NCBI RefSeq assembly: GCF_036321535.1
Contig: NC_087451.1
Coordinates: 27,652,001-27,716,000 of the forward strand
Length of the DNA stretch: 64,000 nt
Source of the DNA: Camelus dromedarius
Taxonomy: Eukaryota
Direction: 5' to 3'
Position 1 is the first letter of the stretch, and every line of letters begins with the position of its first letter. A program made the position numbers and the translations under genes. This document shows positions 13,901 through 27,400 of this stretch, one piece after another. Under the pieces are notes generated by a model, which was given only the letters and a program-made list of their open reading frames with translations, made no database searches and had not been told where the DNA came from.

Positions 13901-16757
13901 GCTCGCTGGTAGTCACATCCCTGCGTCCTCTAAAGCTTACTTTTGGCCTCTTCCCTGTCACGCCCGCTCTGTGCTTTGCGCTTCACCCGAGTCCGGCCGG
14001 CTGTGTCATCTGGGGTGTCTGGCTCCACCAGTGCTTTTCTTAGCTCCACACCTCGCACAGTCAGGCACTGTTCCATGCACTTAACATAGGTTAGCCCACT
14101 TAACTGCTCAACCACTACTTCCACTTACCAGTGGGACCATCCGCCTCCGGAGTCTGCCCCTTTGCTCTGCACCTGGCGGGTGCGTCTCTGGGTAGGCGGG
14201 TAGCGAGGTCCGCTGGCTCCCATACCCTGCAGGCTGTGAGTGGGCTCTGAGTCTCACTTTGTTGCCCTGCTCTAAGGTCAGTAGGCCCTGAGCCCTTGCC
14301 ATCAGGCCTTTGTGGACCTGGGGCGGGAGGGAGGGTCACAGCCCGTGAGCACTTCCTTGTGCAGCCAGCCCCCGGTGAGGGTTTTTCCTCTTCTTTATCA
14401 CCCAGGATCACCACTGCCCTGGCCTGAAAGGGGTTAGTGATGTCAAAGGGAAAATCACTGCGACTGGGTGACTGGCGGGGTTGTAGGAGCCCCCCACCAT
14501 GACGGCTGCAGAGGGGAGCACTTGCCTGGGCCTCCTTCCCACGGTCCTGGGCAGCCCTGGAGTCCACCCCAAGGGCTTTGGCCCGAGCTGGGGTTGTGGT
14601 CATCACCCAGGTTCAGGGCTGTCCTGGACCAGGGTGACAGGGAGGGAGGGGTCGTGGTACCTCCATGCAGTGGGGCAAAGGCTGACTGCACCCCACGTCC
14701 CATCCTGCTCTCTGCAAGCTTATGGAACCTCCTCTCCCAGCTGGTGCTGCTTCCTTTAATTGTCACGACAAGCTCATGCACCTGCCCCCAGTGCAGCAGC
14801 CCGGCTGAGTTAGCTCTTCCCCAGGGTCTGGGAGCAGGTGGGGCAGTAGAGCCCCCTGGGCCTTTTCTGGTACCTTTCAGGGACACAGCAAGGACCAGCA
14901 GGTGGCGCCAAGCTCACAGGTCACTGCTGGGAGGGTGAGGCCAGTGCAGCCACTGCCCCAAGTGACCTGTGGCAAGCTCTTACCGTCCCGAGCCCAAGCC
15001 CTGCTCCCTCGCACCCTCCTCCACTCTGCTCCCCAGCTCTACTGAGCTGCACTGGGCCAGGGATGCCACTGCCTGTGACCAAGGCTGGAGGCCTGATGGG
15101 TCCCCAGCTCACCATCCCTGCACGACACCCTGTTGCTGGGCTGCTGGGTGCCCACAGCTGGTGTCCTCCTGCCACCCCGGCGTTCTGCTCTACCGGCTCA
15201 TTTGCAACCTCTTCTAGCCGCTTCCTGTCCTGGGCAACCTCCCTCGCCCACCCACGTGCGGCCACCTCCCAGATCCTCACCCCCCAACTTCGACCTTCTC
15301 TCAGTCACAGCCACTCACTGGCCACTCTGCTTGGGCGCCTCATGCAACATGTCCCCAGCTGAGCGCCTGCATTGCTGGGCCCCAGAATCCACTTCTGCTT
15401 AGTGGCAGCATCCTTTAGGGCTCAAGCCTCCGCCTTGAGGAGTCTTGGCCCTGACCTGCCCTGGTCCCATCCCCCTTGTCCCGCATCTTGACTGCTCATT
15501 GATGGAGGAGCCCGGCCCCTGCCCAGCTCTGTGGCTCCCACGGTGCCCTTCCCTGTTACGCGAAGATTCCCTTACTCCCCACGCAGCAGGCTCCAGGGAG
15601 GGACCTGGGATGGAGCTGACCAAGTGCCTGGAGCAGGGTTTGGCAAAGCTAGGCGGTGCTGGTGGCATGGACTGGCCTGTAAAGGGGCCACTGTGGGGAG
15701 AGCACCTGGTTCCTGGGGGCAGGAGCACCAGACTGCTCTGGATCCCAGGAGGACTGGAGCCCCGGAAAACAGCGGGCAGGCACCTGGACCACTCCCACCT
15801 GTCTGCCACACGCGTCTAATTTCTGGTTCTGGAGATTTCTCCCCACCCCGGCAGAGGCCCCACTGTCAGAGCGTTTCCAGCTGGAAATCACAACCCCATC
15901 CCATCCAGAACTAAATGCCTAAGGGGTCTGCAGCAGCCGGGGGTGAGGCGGGGCGGGGGGCAGCGGCCCACTGATGCCCACTGTGTTCCCGCAGGAACTA
16001 GTGAGCAAGCTGCTGCACCTGCACTTTAAAGAGGACAAGACCAAAGGTGTGTGACGGGGGGGCGGGGGCTGGGGGGCTGCCAGGCCCGGGGGCTCCACTG
16101 TAGCTCTGCAGGGACCAGGGCCTCAGGGAGGGCTGGGGAGGGGGCTGAAGGGCACCAGCAGGGCCGAGCCAGGTCAGAAGTGGGGCAGGGAGGGGGTGCA
16201 TGTCCCCTAACACCCCCTTCACCTTGCAGTCAGTGGGGACGCACTGCAGCTCACGGCGGAGCTCCTGAAGATCTTTGTCATAGGTGAGCAGAGGGGCCCT
16301 GGCAGCGTCCCCTGGTGTCCCACCCGCTCCTGTGCAGACCATTCATGATCTCTCTGGTTTCTGTGGAGAAACCAAAACATTTTTCGCATTTTTCCCACAA
16401 GCACCTAAGCTGTGTCCCTGGAAAGCCTCGTGTTTCAGGGGCCTCAGGCTCAGTCTTCTGAGCTGTCAGCTGGCACAGGGGTGGAGGAGCCACCAGGGCT
16501 GAGGCCTGGGAGGTTTGGGGTTCCAGCCCCCCAGCCTTACTTCCCCCGTGTTGCGGTAGAAGCAGCCATCCGCAGCGTGCGGCAGGCCCAGGCGGAGGAG
16601 CTGGGCTGCGTGGACTTGGACCAGCTGGAGAAGGTGCTGCCTCAGCTGGTAGGTGGGCTTCTGGCAACACGGCCTGGCGGAGGGGGTGTGGGGGGTGAGC
16701 TGGCACGCACCCGCAAGGCCCTGAGTGCCCCTCCCTCCACAGCTTCTGGACTTCTAG
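13505..16757 (+). CDS. CENPX: Centromere protein X (STRA13/MHF2/FAAP10), histone-fold protein, 79 aa, 5 exons
   Basis: Exons 13505-13534, 15995-16046, 16230-16283, 16560-16648, 16743-16757 sum to 240 nt: [79 protein letters not shown]. Confidence 0.96.
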
Positions 16758-17246
16758 GGGTGTCCACCCTCACTGGCAGCCTGTCCGAGTCACTAGCAAG
16801 TCCCACGTCCACGTGTTCTCCACGGCTTCTGGCTTCAGACGAGGCGGGAGCTGCTGATCCTCCAGGTTCTCCAGCTCCGAGGACTGGCCAGGTCCCAGCA
16901 CGCGCACCGCCCTTCCTCATTGTCCTCTCTCCCTGCTGCTGACAGCCTGGACACAGCAGATGGGGGGGGGGGTCACTGACAGGATGGGGGCCTGAGTGGG
17001 GAACCTGGGCAGGTGCCCTCCCCTTGCGCCTCCTGGGGCAGCTGAGAAGCACTTGGTCTTTGGGGAGCAGGTGCCAGGAAGAGCGGGACCGTTGCCCAAG
17101 CAGTTAGTCCATATGTACCCCGCAGACAAACGGAAGTGCGTGGTTCTGCACTGACATCAAAGTTCGTAAGTCACCTTCAAGCCATTTGATGTTCCTCCCA
17201 GAAGATGCTGCCCTGAACTGTAAGTTTGTCCCCACAAAGCAACGTC

Positions 17247-17252
17247 AATAAA
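17247..17252 (+). terminator. CENPX polyadenylation signal AATAAA
   Basis: First canonical hexamer after the CENPX stop, about 490 nt downstream. Confidence 0.75.
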
Positions 17253-18382
17253 TCAAAGCCACCTCCCCAGGCACAGCCTCCTGTTGCCATTAATCACCCC
17301 AAGTCGAGTTGCTTCACGTGTGAGCCTCCTGCCGTGCACGGGCCTGGCGCTCGCGCGGAGCCCCGCACGTGTGGCTGCTCGCCCGGGATGGTGCCTGTGC
17401 CACAGGACGGCTGTGGGTGTGGGGTGTTACTGCTGGCCGGCAGGCAGGCCCAGGAACAAGCGGGCAGGGCTGCTGGGGGTCACGCCCCTGGGAAGGACCC
17501 CTGGCCCAGGGCAACTCCAGGGCCAGGCAGGGTGACCCGGCCACGCTCACCTGGGACCTGCGAGAAGCCGGGTCTGCAAAGCCTGGCTGCCCTCTGGGAC
17601 CTCCTCCTGCTTGGCCAGGCCACCTGCACCCCACAGCATCCACCTCCCCTGAATTCTGAAAGCTGCTTGGATTCCTTGGAGCCCAGGAGGACCCAGCGAC
17701 CCCGGAGTCAGCGGACCTGGCGCACTGGGGAGGGACACTGGCTCCCCTGCAGCCACGGGCACCTGAGGAGCCACGTCCCCGCCCAAAGATGGCATGGTTG
17801 GCGGGGCAAGCCCTCCCTCCCTCATTTAGCCCTGCTGGCTTCCCCCTGCACCCCTTCCCCGCCTCTGCCCCCCACCTTCCTCTCCCCGCTCCCGGCAGGG
17901 AGTCTTGGGGCTTCAAAGCTCTGGGTGCATGTGGAAGTAATTAGACCTGAGGGGAGAGGCTGGAGACCAGTGCCAGAGCCTGTGCCCCCCGGACACTTTG
18001 AAGTGCACTCAGATGTGGGGCGGGCGGGGCATCAGGAAACCCCAGGCCAGCCCCGCCCTGCTGGGTGGGGGCTGCAGCCTCCCGGCTCCTGCCGCCTGCG
18101 GCACAGCCAAGGCAGGCCGTGCCTGGAGGTCCTTCTCCTGAGTTCTCAGAGCGTAATTAATGACGTCAGTTAGGTAAAAACTAAGGTTCACGGAGAACAC
18201 TTGTGCCCATTAAGAGACCAAGGCCCTAGCGAGGAGGCCCAGGGCCCGGCCCGGCCAGGATGTGGCCCATCCAGTCCGAGGGTCGGCTGGAGGCCCGTGG
18301 CTGGGAGGTGGGAGCAGGGCGGAGAATGAAAGGGCCCTCTCCAGGGAAGGAAGACAGGAGGGTCTCGAGAGAAGCTCGCAAC

Positions 18383-18388
18383 TTTATT
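18383..18388 (-). terminator. ASPSCR1 polyadenylation signal AATAAA
   Basis: TTTATT on the + strand, about 63 nt after the ASPSCR1 stop. Confidence 0.85.
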
Positions 18389-18450
18389 CCCGCTCAGGGT
18401 GGGCAGGGGTCCTGTGGCCGGCAGACTGGGCACTTCTGGGCCGGCGGCGC

Positions 18451-21400
18451 TCACCTCTTGCCGGCTGCAGTGCAAACGCACAGGGTGACCTCGGGCTCCG
18501 GGCTCCCGCCCAGCAGCCTCTCCCCGCCCAGCCGCCCCCACGGGACCTGGCAGCTTTAGCCACTTGGGCACCTTGCCCAGACCCCTCCTCGCAGGCTGGG
18601 CCATCCGGGGGCCGGGCTCGGGGGGCTCCACAGCCCCTTCCTCAGCAGTCGGCTCTGACTCCGAGGGCACAGGGTCGGAGGCTGGCGGTGGCGGTGGTGG
18701 CGGCGGGGTCCCGGCTGTCCTGGACATGCACCTGAGGGCAAAGGTGCTGGCATAAGATGGTGGGGACTGCGGCAGTGGGTTCTCCCCACTCCTCTGGGCA
18801 CTCACCTGGCCACCAGCGCGTCAGCTGCAGACGGGGAGATGGTGTGTTCCAGCAGCCTGGGTTCCAGGTAGGTGCCTACAGAAGGCTCAGGCCACTGAGG
18901 AGCTGGCCCCACTCACCTCCCTGCGGCTCGGCTCCAGGAGGAGGCATGGCCCAGACAGGTGACTGTCCCACCCTGAAGCCCCCAGGGAGTAGGGTACGGG
19001 GCTGTCGGGGCCAGAGGTCTCCCTCCCAGACCCAAAGGCCGCTGCTCTGGGGCATCTGACGAGCTACAACGTGCAGCCCAGGGCTGGCCGGCGGTGGCGG
19101 GCAGAGCAAGGGGCCCCACCCACCTGTCGGCTCCTCGGGTCCGAAGTGCACGAGGGCAGCAGGGAAGAGGTCAGCCTGCGGGGGGCACGGAGGGGGCTCA
19201 GGGACCAGGCGGGCACAGCGGGCAGGCGGCAGAGAGGGCTGCACCCGCTCCACGGGTGGCCTCGTGGGCACTGCACCCGCCAGGCCCTGCCCACCGAACA
19301 GCCCGCAGCCCAGCTTCGCCTGTCCCTTCTCGGGCACCAACCACTGTGCGATCCAGGCGGTGGCACTGGACCACAGGGACCTGCCGGGGCCAGCCCCTAC
19401 TGAACAGGAAGCACTCGTGGTCCGTGTGCTCTGGCATTTTAACTCCCGCTCCTCCTTCCTGCCAGCTTTCAGGGGTGAACAGTTAATACTCTGAACACGG
19501 GAGCTAGGCCTGGAAGCCCCCAGCCTCAGCAGGAAGCCAAGAGGTCAGAGATCAGAGAAGATGCAGGCGCTCACAGAACTCCTCCGCTGCCCCCCCATTC
19601 CCTCACCTGTGTTGCCCAAAGAACAGAGAGGGTGGCAGGCAGAGGGGGGCCTCCACAGGGACAGGAGTGCCCTGGGGGGACCCTCAACTGGCCCTGGCAT
19701 GGGGCAGTGGGGGCTCTTGGAGTCCCAGGCCAAGAGATGCCAGCCTGGTCCATCCCCTAGACTCAAGAGCCCACATGTGGGTTCCCTGACTCGGCACCAG
19801 GTCTTGCCTGGTGAGGAAGAGCCAGGGTCAGCCAGCCTGAAGCTCCCCCCTGCGCTGGGTCCCCACACCCCTTCTGGGGGCCTGGGAACAGCGCCCCTCC
19901 TGAGATCCCACCCGTGGGAGTGGTGGCACCTGTACAGGTGTGGGACAAGGACACATCACACGACCCCTGACCCCCTAGAGGCCTCCCAGGCCAGGGGCAG
20001 GACTGTGGTGCAGACTCAGGACTGCAGGGAGGACCCCAGAGCCCCCAGGGTCGTAACCTCCCTCCGATCCTGCCCCTGCACCCGAGGAAGACCGTGGCTG
20101 CGAGCCCCGTCCTCTGCAGAAGGGCTGCCGCTGTCCGCTGACTTCGTCCTCTGTGCCCTCAGCTCCCAGCGCTTGGAGTCAGGCCGGGGCATCAACAAGA
20201 GGAAGCTTCCAAGACCAGTGAATGTTCTGAAGGCCCCACTGTGATGCTCAGGATCCAAGTCTGGGGCAGGGGCTGCCCTCAGGCCCTGGAGGCACTGCAG
20301 CAGGGCAGTGGCTGGGGAGCAGGAAGGGACACAGGGAGGACAAAGGCCCAGATTTCCCCGGGTGGCCAGCAAGGCCAGACCCTGGCTCAGCCAACCCACC
20401 GGGCAATGGGGCCACCCTCATGGTGCCACATCCCCATTTCACAGGACCTCACCCAGACCCAGCCAGCAGGGCTGTCTCAGGGCCGCAGAGCCTGAAGCCT
20501 TGAAGGGCCCCTCTGGGCAGCTCCTCTTGAACCCAGACTCCCTGTTCCCCCTCAGCACCTGCCAGAAGCCCCCTGCCCGCCAGCTTGCGTCTCAGGGTTC
20601 CCGACAGAAAACAAGGGGAGTAAACAGCACAGAAGACCACCATGATTACCAGGAGGGAGGGTCTACCCCTCTGCTCAGGCTGACGAGGCCGCCACAGGTT
20701 GCGGTGGACCGCCAAGGGTGATGCTGGGGCCCTGGGCCAGGCAGTGGGTGAAGCGAGGCCCTTGAGGCTTGCGGCAGCACCAGCACTAAGGGGGTTCAGG
20801 CTTGGGAAGGAGGCTGGACACGGGCACTGGGGACCTCTGCATCCACAGATGGCGTCCTCCTGTCCTCGGCCTCACCCTCCGCCTCGCCCAGCAAATGGTT
20901 ACTCTTCCAATCCAGCGGCCAAAAAGGGCAGCTGGGCTGCCGTCCCCCACACCCACCGTGAGCTGTCACTTTCTGGAGTGCAGGACTGGACCCGGGGCAG
21001 CCAGCAGCCAGAGAGCAGCCCTGCCAGGGACATGAAAGCGGGCGGCTTCCGCGCCGCGCCTGCTCACCCACGGGAGGGAGGAAGGCTTCCTTCCCCGGGC
21101 CCTGCCAGCTCTCTGATCACAGGCAGGCAGGGACACCACCCTGCGCGGAGGGCCCCCGGCTCCAGAGCGAGCTGACGGATGAAAGGAGACGGCTGCTGGT
21201 AGCAGGGGGCAGAGTGTCACCAGGAATCAGGCCGAGTGGGCGGGACAGGCAGCGCCCCAGGGTTCCTAATCGGAGCGGGGCCTGAACGCTGGTCCCCTCC
21301 ATCCCAAAGCATCTTCCAAATTCAATGTTTATCAACAGGCTGGCCAGCGAGGGAGAGCGAGGCGGGCGGATGGGGACAGAGGAAAGAGGCCCAGTGCCTC

Positions 21401-24400
21401 TGGGGCTCCTGGGCACTGCAGAAGGGGCTGGGAGGGGAACGGGTTGGGGGGCACCTTGCCCCCGCCGACCTAGACTCCTTTCCTAGGTGGGCTTCCAGCC
21501 TCTCTGCTGGTCTGGCCCCACCCCCCATCACAGTGGCTGCCCTGGGGAAGCAGACCCCCTCGCCCCAACTCAACCTCTGCAGGGCCACCGGTCACTTAAC
21601 AAAGACCAGCCTCTGTTACTAATTAAAATATCTAAAGAGACTCTGAAGAGGAAACCATTAGGCCAGAGGGCTGGGGAGGCCCCCCGGCTGCTCTCCCGGG
21701 GTGAAGGGACAGCACATTCCTTCAGCTCTGGACAGCAGCCCAGCAGGGCACCGGATCAACGCTCCGCACCCCGGAGCACTCGGGGCCTCCAGCCAGTGGG
21801 GAGGGCCGGCTTGGCATTCCCCACAGAGGCTGCGGGTCCGGGAGGAAAGGCGGGGCAGGGCAGCAGGCCTGGCAGCGTCCCCTCCAGCCTGGAGCCAAAC
21901 CTGCCCAGCAGCTGGCATACCAGGGCCCTCCTGGGCAGCCGGCCACCTGCAGTGAGGCCTCTGACCCTTGACCCTTCAGGGGCTCCCCTGGCCGCCTCAT
22001 GTGCCAGTCCCTTCTCACCCAGACCCCAGAGGCAGTCCTGGCTGTGGGCGCCAGCAGCCAGCCAGGCAGGCCCATCCTTGCCAGGACAGGAATAGCAAAG
22101 AAGGCTGGAAAGCCCCCAAACCACCCCAAAACCGACTTGAGAGGTGCCCTGCTCCCTGCAGTGCCCCCTCTAAAGGGCCTTCTCCCACTCCTGGGTGGCT
22201 GCCCCTCAAGCATCAGCCCCAGCAGCGCCCCAAGCCCAGCAGGCGGCCAGTACCTGAAACAAGGTCAGCATGTGGTCGTCCAGGATGGTTTTCGGAGGAG
22301 CAATGACTACGGACAGACAGGTGGACAGTTGTCTGTGTCAGGAAGCCCCCTGCCCCTGCCCCCACCCCCAGGGAAGACAGACCTGAGAGTGAGGAGGCCT
22401 GGGACCCATGGCCTCAGGGGAGGGGTTTCTGAAGAGCCCCATCAGCCCACAGCACCCTGCCCAACTGTCTGCGGCAGCAAAAACCCAGCGACAGGCTGGG
22501 GAGAGGGCCTGGGGCAGACCCACCTGCGGGGGAACCCTGCCCGCACTGTGCCCCATGCAGTCCTGTGGTGTGACCCCTCACCACCCAGACACCCACCGTG
22601 GGAGAGTGGGAGAGAGGGTCTAGGTAGGACGCAGGGGGCAGAGAGGCCAACCTCCCTCCCCGACCCTGGGTCCCCAGCATGGGACCCGCGTGCCCGGTGA
22701 CGCTGCTTCTTGGGAAAGGCTGCTTTGAGCCTGGGCTGGGAGGGGCGGGGGCTGCTGAGCAGGAGGGCCCAGAGACACGCTCACACAGGTGGAACGGCAG
22801 CTCGGGGTCACCCAGGTGGCTCCTCACGAAGTCCCGCAAGTCCCCCACTGAAGGAGGAAGCACGGAGTGAGTGGGGACCCCAAATTCAGACCAGCTCCAG
22901 GGCCAGGCCCCTCTGCACAGACCCCCATCCCCTACAGGCCCAGTAGTCTGACCCTGGAGGCATAGACCCTGATGCCCCCTCAGGCTGAATCCAAGCATGT
23001 TCCCGCCCGGCGCCCCCAGCAGCCAGGCCAGCGGGACATCCCTCCCTTTGCCCCTCTCCCTGCCCACCACCAGGGCCTGAGCTCTGCCCCAGGAAGGCCC
23101 CCCCAGGGACCTCGAGGGCCTGCCTGCTGCCCCTGCAGTCTTGGGTCCAGGTCACCAGGTACCCCGCTCAGAACGGTGGCATCGCTGCCGCGCCATGCCA
23201 AGAAACCACTGCTGGGTGTGGGGAGCTGTGGGCCCACCCTCTCTGGGCGCCCCCCTCCCACCCACGCCCCGGGCAGGCGGGTTCACGGAGGCACAGGCCC
23301 ACGGTCGCCGCCCAGCCGGCCTGCGCCTGCTGCCTGCCCCACAGAGACAACAGGGACCTGAAAGCAACCAGCCCCGGAGCCCGACGGCCGAGCAGCCACA
23401 GTCCCACAGCCCAGAGGGAAGGAGCCGGGAGGGGCTCACAGGGTCCCCACCTTCCCGGGCGCTCACCGGTCTCGCTGGGGCGGAAGCAGCCCTGCAGGAT
23501 ATGGCGGTCAGGAAACAGGACCCTCAGGACCACCTGGGCCGGGACAGGCGGCTTGTCAGCAGGCCAGCCAGAGCCCGGCTGCACAGGTGGGCCCACCACG
23601 AGGGGCCCCCCAACCCACACTGGGCCAGCCACCCCCTCACCTCGGCTGCCCCGGCCACGAGCTGCACAGGAAGACAAGCCAAGAACCCATGTTTTTCAAC
23701 TTAAGGTGGGGCTGACTGTTCTTCAGGAACCGTGAGTGTGCAGCCCTCAGCTGAGGCAGGGGACCGTGGCCAGCGGCGCTCGGGCAGCGGGAGCCGCAGG
23801 AGGCGCTGGAGCCGAGCCACGCGCAGACCCGCCCCCCGCGTACCTTGGGGTAGCGCTGCAGCTTCTCCTTCATCTGAGCCTCCCTGAAGGCCCTGGTCAC
23901 CAAGGGGGCTTCTTCCAGGCGCTTCCTGAGGGGAGGGGCGGGGTGAAGGCCCAGGCCTGTGCGGGCACAGCGGAGGCCCCACACCAGCTGGACTTTGAGA
24001 GCCGTTCCAGCACGCAGGGCCGGGTGGGAGCCCCTGCCCGGGCCCCGCCCCTCCCCAGAGCTGCCAGGGCGTGGGTGTTGGGGACCCAGACTTGGGCAGC
24101 AGGGAGCCTCCGGAGGGGCCAAGGCACACCCACCGCTCGCTCTTGAGCTGGGCCAAGCGTCTCCTGACGTCGTCCACGGTCACCTCGAAGAACTCGTCAG
24201 GCAGCTCCGAGGGCCAGGCCTGGAGCAGCACTTCCAGGTCGGGGTGGCACACCACGGGGTCTCGGTCCACTGGCTGGGCAGGCGGAGGGCTCGGCTGACA
24301 CAGGTGCCCAGGACGGGCCCAGGCCCTTACTCCACGGGACTGGGGTGCTGATGCAGACCCAGGCTGAGCCCAGGCCACGGCTGGCCCCATCTATGGGCCC

Positions 24401-27400
24401 AGGGCCAGGGCCAGGTCTCCAGGGTGGGATGTGGGATAACCGAGCCTGCCTGTCCAGCCACACCAATGCTGAGACCTTCACCCACCAGCAAGGCATGTGG
24501 TCCTGGGGTCTCGGCTAGGCTGGGCCAGCAGGTACCTCGTGACACCCTCGTGGCTGGGGTACTGGGCAGTGGGTGGGCGGCAGCTCGGCAGGGCCAGCCT
24601 CCCTTGGCAGCACCTCTGCTCACTTCCTGTCTCTGAGGGAAGCCCCCATGAGCCCCCGGGGGCTGCCCGCTATCAGGGTCCCCCAAAGCAGGGGACAAAC
24701 TTGGGGAGTAGCACCCTGGTCAAGGCCACGTCAGGGGCTCCATGGGAGGGGCGGGGAAGCAACAGCCCCCAAATTAGAGGTTTGGCAGAACCCTGCTAGC
24801 CGCTGGCCCCATGGTGAGGCTGACCCACCCCCTCCCTGGGGGAGCAGGCTGGCCCCACCCTCTGACCACCCTGGGGACACAGGAAGGGACAGCGTCCCTC
24901 CTAATTGGCAGCAACGGGGATGGAAATTACAAGGCAGGCTTGCCAGGCCTGCAGGGCCTCTGGGGGGCTAATTGCAGCGAGTGTCTCCTGCGCGACCACG
25001 GGGAGACCAGGCCTGATCAAGGCGTCCAGCAGGGCTGGCAGTCCTCCCTCCACAAAATGTCCATGAGCTTTCTGGGGTGAGGCCATGGTGCCTTCTGCTC
25101 ACTGCCCCGTCCCGGCCTCGGCAAGGAAATCCCGCCTCCCGCCTCTCGACACCCAGGGACGGCTCAGCAGGCTTCTCTGACCATCCCTTCCTCAGCCTGG
25201 ACGCAGCCCCACCTGTTCTAAAGGGATCCCATGCTGGTCGAGGGCAAAAGCTGCCCAGCAGTCAGGGGCTCACTCCCTCAGTGCACCTGCCAGGTGTCCC
25301 TGGGGCCACTCCCCCAGCCACACCGTCCAGGCCACCAGCTGCGCCACACCTCACGATGGAGGGAGGCGGGCTCTCGCCAGGACACCTCTCTGGTCTCAGG
25401 GCACTGGGGAAGGGTGGCCTGGAAGGGGTGGCTGAGGCCCGCGCAGCAGGGCCCGAAGGTGGCTGACAGAGGCCCTTGGGGGCTGCCCCCTCAGAGCCAC
25501 AATCCTCCTGCAGCCCACAGGCAGTCCACACCAGAGCTTTTTATAACAAGATGCCAGGAGCCAGGCTGCCCCCCACAGCCACGGCGCCTGCATTCCAGAG
25601 GGGCTGAGTGCTCGCTTGGGCTCCTCGGGGAGGACGAGGGCGGACGCGGGTGTGCCGAGCAGGGCACTGCCGTGCCCACGAGTGCCAGGCCCCGGGCCCT
25701 GGGGCACAAAGCCCACAGGCCAAGGCGCGGGCTCTGGGGCCGCCCTGTCCCCATCCCACCCCGGCAGCCCCGGGCACACTAGCCCCCCGGAGAACCCAGC
25801 ACTCAGGTGACATGCGCTCCATGGCACGAAGCTGAGCCTGACCATCCAGACACGGCCAGTAAAGCCCGTCCCTGAGAGAAGAAGGCCACTCCGGCCTCCT
25901 CGTCGTCCCAGTGCTGCAGTGCACAGCCGGTGGTGACCGGGGGGACTGCAGGCCGCTAGCACTGCCCACAACCCCCAGCCCACGGTCCGCTCCCCGAGGC
26001 CCCTTCCAGCACAGGTGACAACAGCCGTTAGCTTCAAGCTGTTCAGGGACCACTGACTTCCCATCAGAAAATAAACTGACAAAAATCTCTCTCTGTGTTG
26101 GCTCCAACCTCGATCCCACCCCTCCTCCAGGCCGCTGGTCTGCTCCAGAGGAGCCGGGAGCTGAAGGGGCTGCCTCGAGAAGCAGTCTCACACACTCACC
26201 TGCACCGCCCTGCACCCCAGGGGCCTCCCCGCTTCTGGGCAGAGAAGCCGGGGTTCCGAGCAGCCTCTGCTGCCCACCAGGGCCCAGACCACCCAAGTCC
26301 TAGAGCTGCCACCATGTCCGGCCCTGGGCAGGCCCTGTTCCACGAGAACAGATGGCCATCTGTGGCTGGGCCGGTAGGACGGTCACCCAGCTGTCAAAGG
26401 GAGAAGCCACGGGGCTTCACACGCCTCCACGTGGCCTGCGTAACAGAGACGTTTCCCTGCAGAGAGAAGAGGGGTGGGCCTGCAGCTCCGCGTGGGGGCG
26501 AGTGGGGCAGACGCTGTGCCGGGGGAGGCCGAGCCCAGGCCCTGCTCACTTCCGACGCCTGGCCAGCCACCTGGCCCCCATTCGCTATTGCCTCACCCGC
26601 TTCCCCTGGTCGCGGGCAGTTATCACGCATGGCTCCCATCCTAAGCGGGTTTACAGAGATGCTTGTCAACGGAGAACAGAGATCTAGGATGACACATCAC
26701 TAAGAAAGAAACACCCACATGGCGGCAACAGTCATTCACGTCTCTCCTCTCACCAACACCACGCCTCGGTGCCCTCACCATGGGGCGTGGGCTCCTGTGT
26801 GCTGGCCGAGGCCAGTCCCGGGGCCCAGGACGGGGCTCCAGGAGGAACGTCCCAGCTGGTGCCCAGGGACGCTTGTGGAGCGGCTGGCCTTCACAGCCCG
26901 CATCTCCAGGTCTGCTCTTCCAGAGGTGTCCAGGGAGCCACATGGAGGACGCACCCCCACCAAGAACTCGACATCACCAGGCCTGGGACATTCCAGCAAA
27001 CGCATGGGTTTCCCTCCTCACTGGCTCAAGGCTGGGCTCCTGAGCGCTGTCCATTCCAGAGACACAGCTCCAGCTCTGTCTTCCCGCCCAATCCTTTACC
27101 CCAGCAAAGTCAGAGGAGTCGTCCCTCCCCCAGTGGCCCAGATGCTGCTGTCAGCGAGAGAAGGGGCAGAATAGTGAGGATGCAGCCGGAGCCGGGGTCT
27201 GAGCCCACGGAGAGGCGTCTAAGTGACCGTGTTCAACGAGGGGGAACAGGCCTGGACGCCATCCTGCAGGGAGGAGGGGCTGGTCTGCAGGCTCCGAGCG
27301 GGGGGCCACAAGGGACCGGACCCCTCTGGCGAGAAGCCTGGCAGGGGCTCTCTCCCGCAAGCACACGACCCTGGCAAAGATTCCCAGGTGCCAGCTTCCC

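Noticed and set aside
19176-22253. Searched for a homologue of the extra in-frame exon of the longer human ASPSCR1 isoform in intron 12
   Set aside because: No recognisable peptide match or convincing splice pair by eye; needs tBLASTn, so not called.
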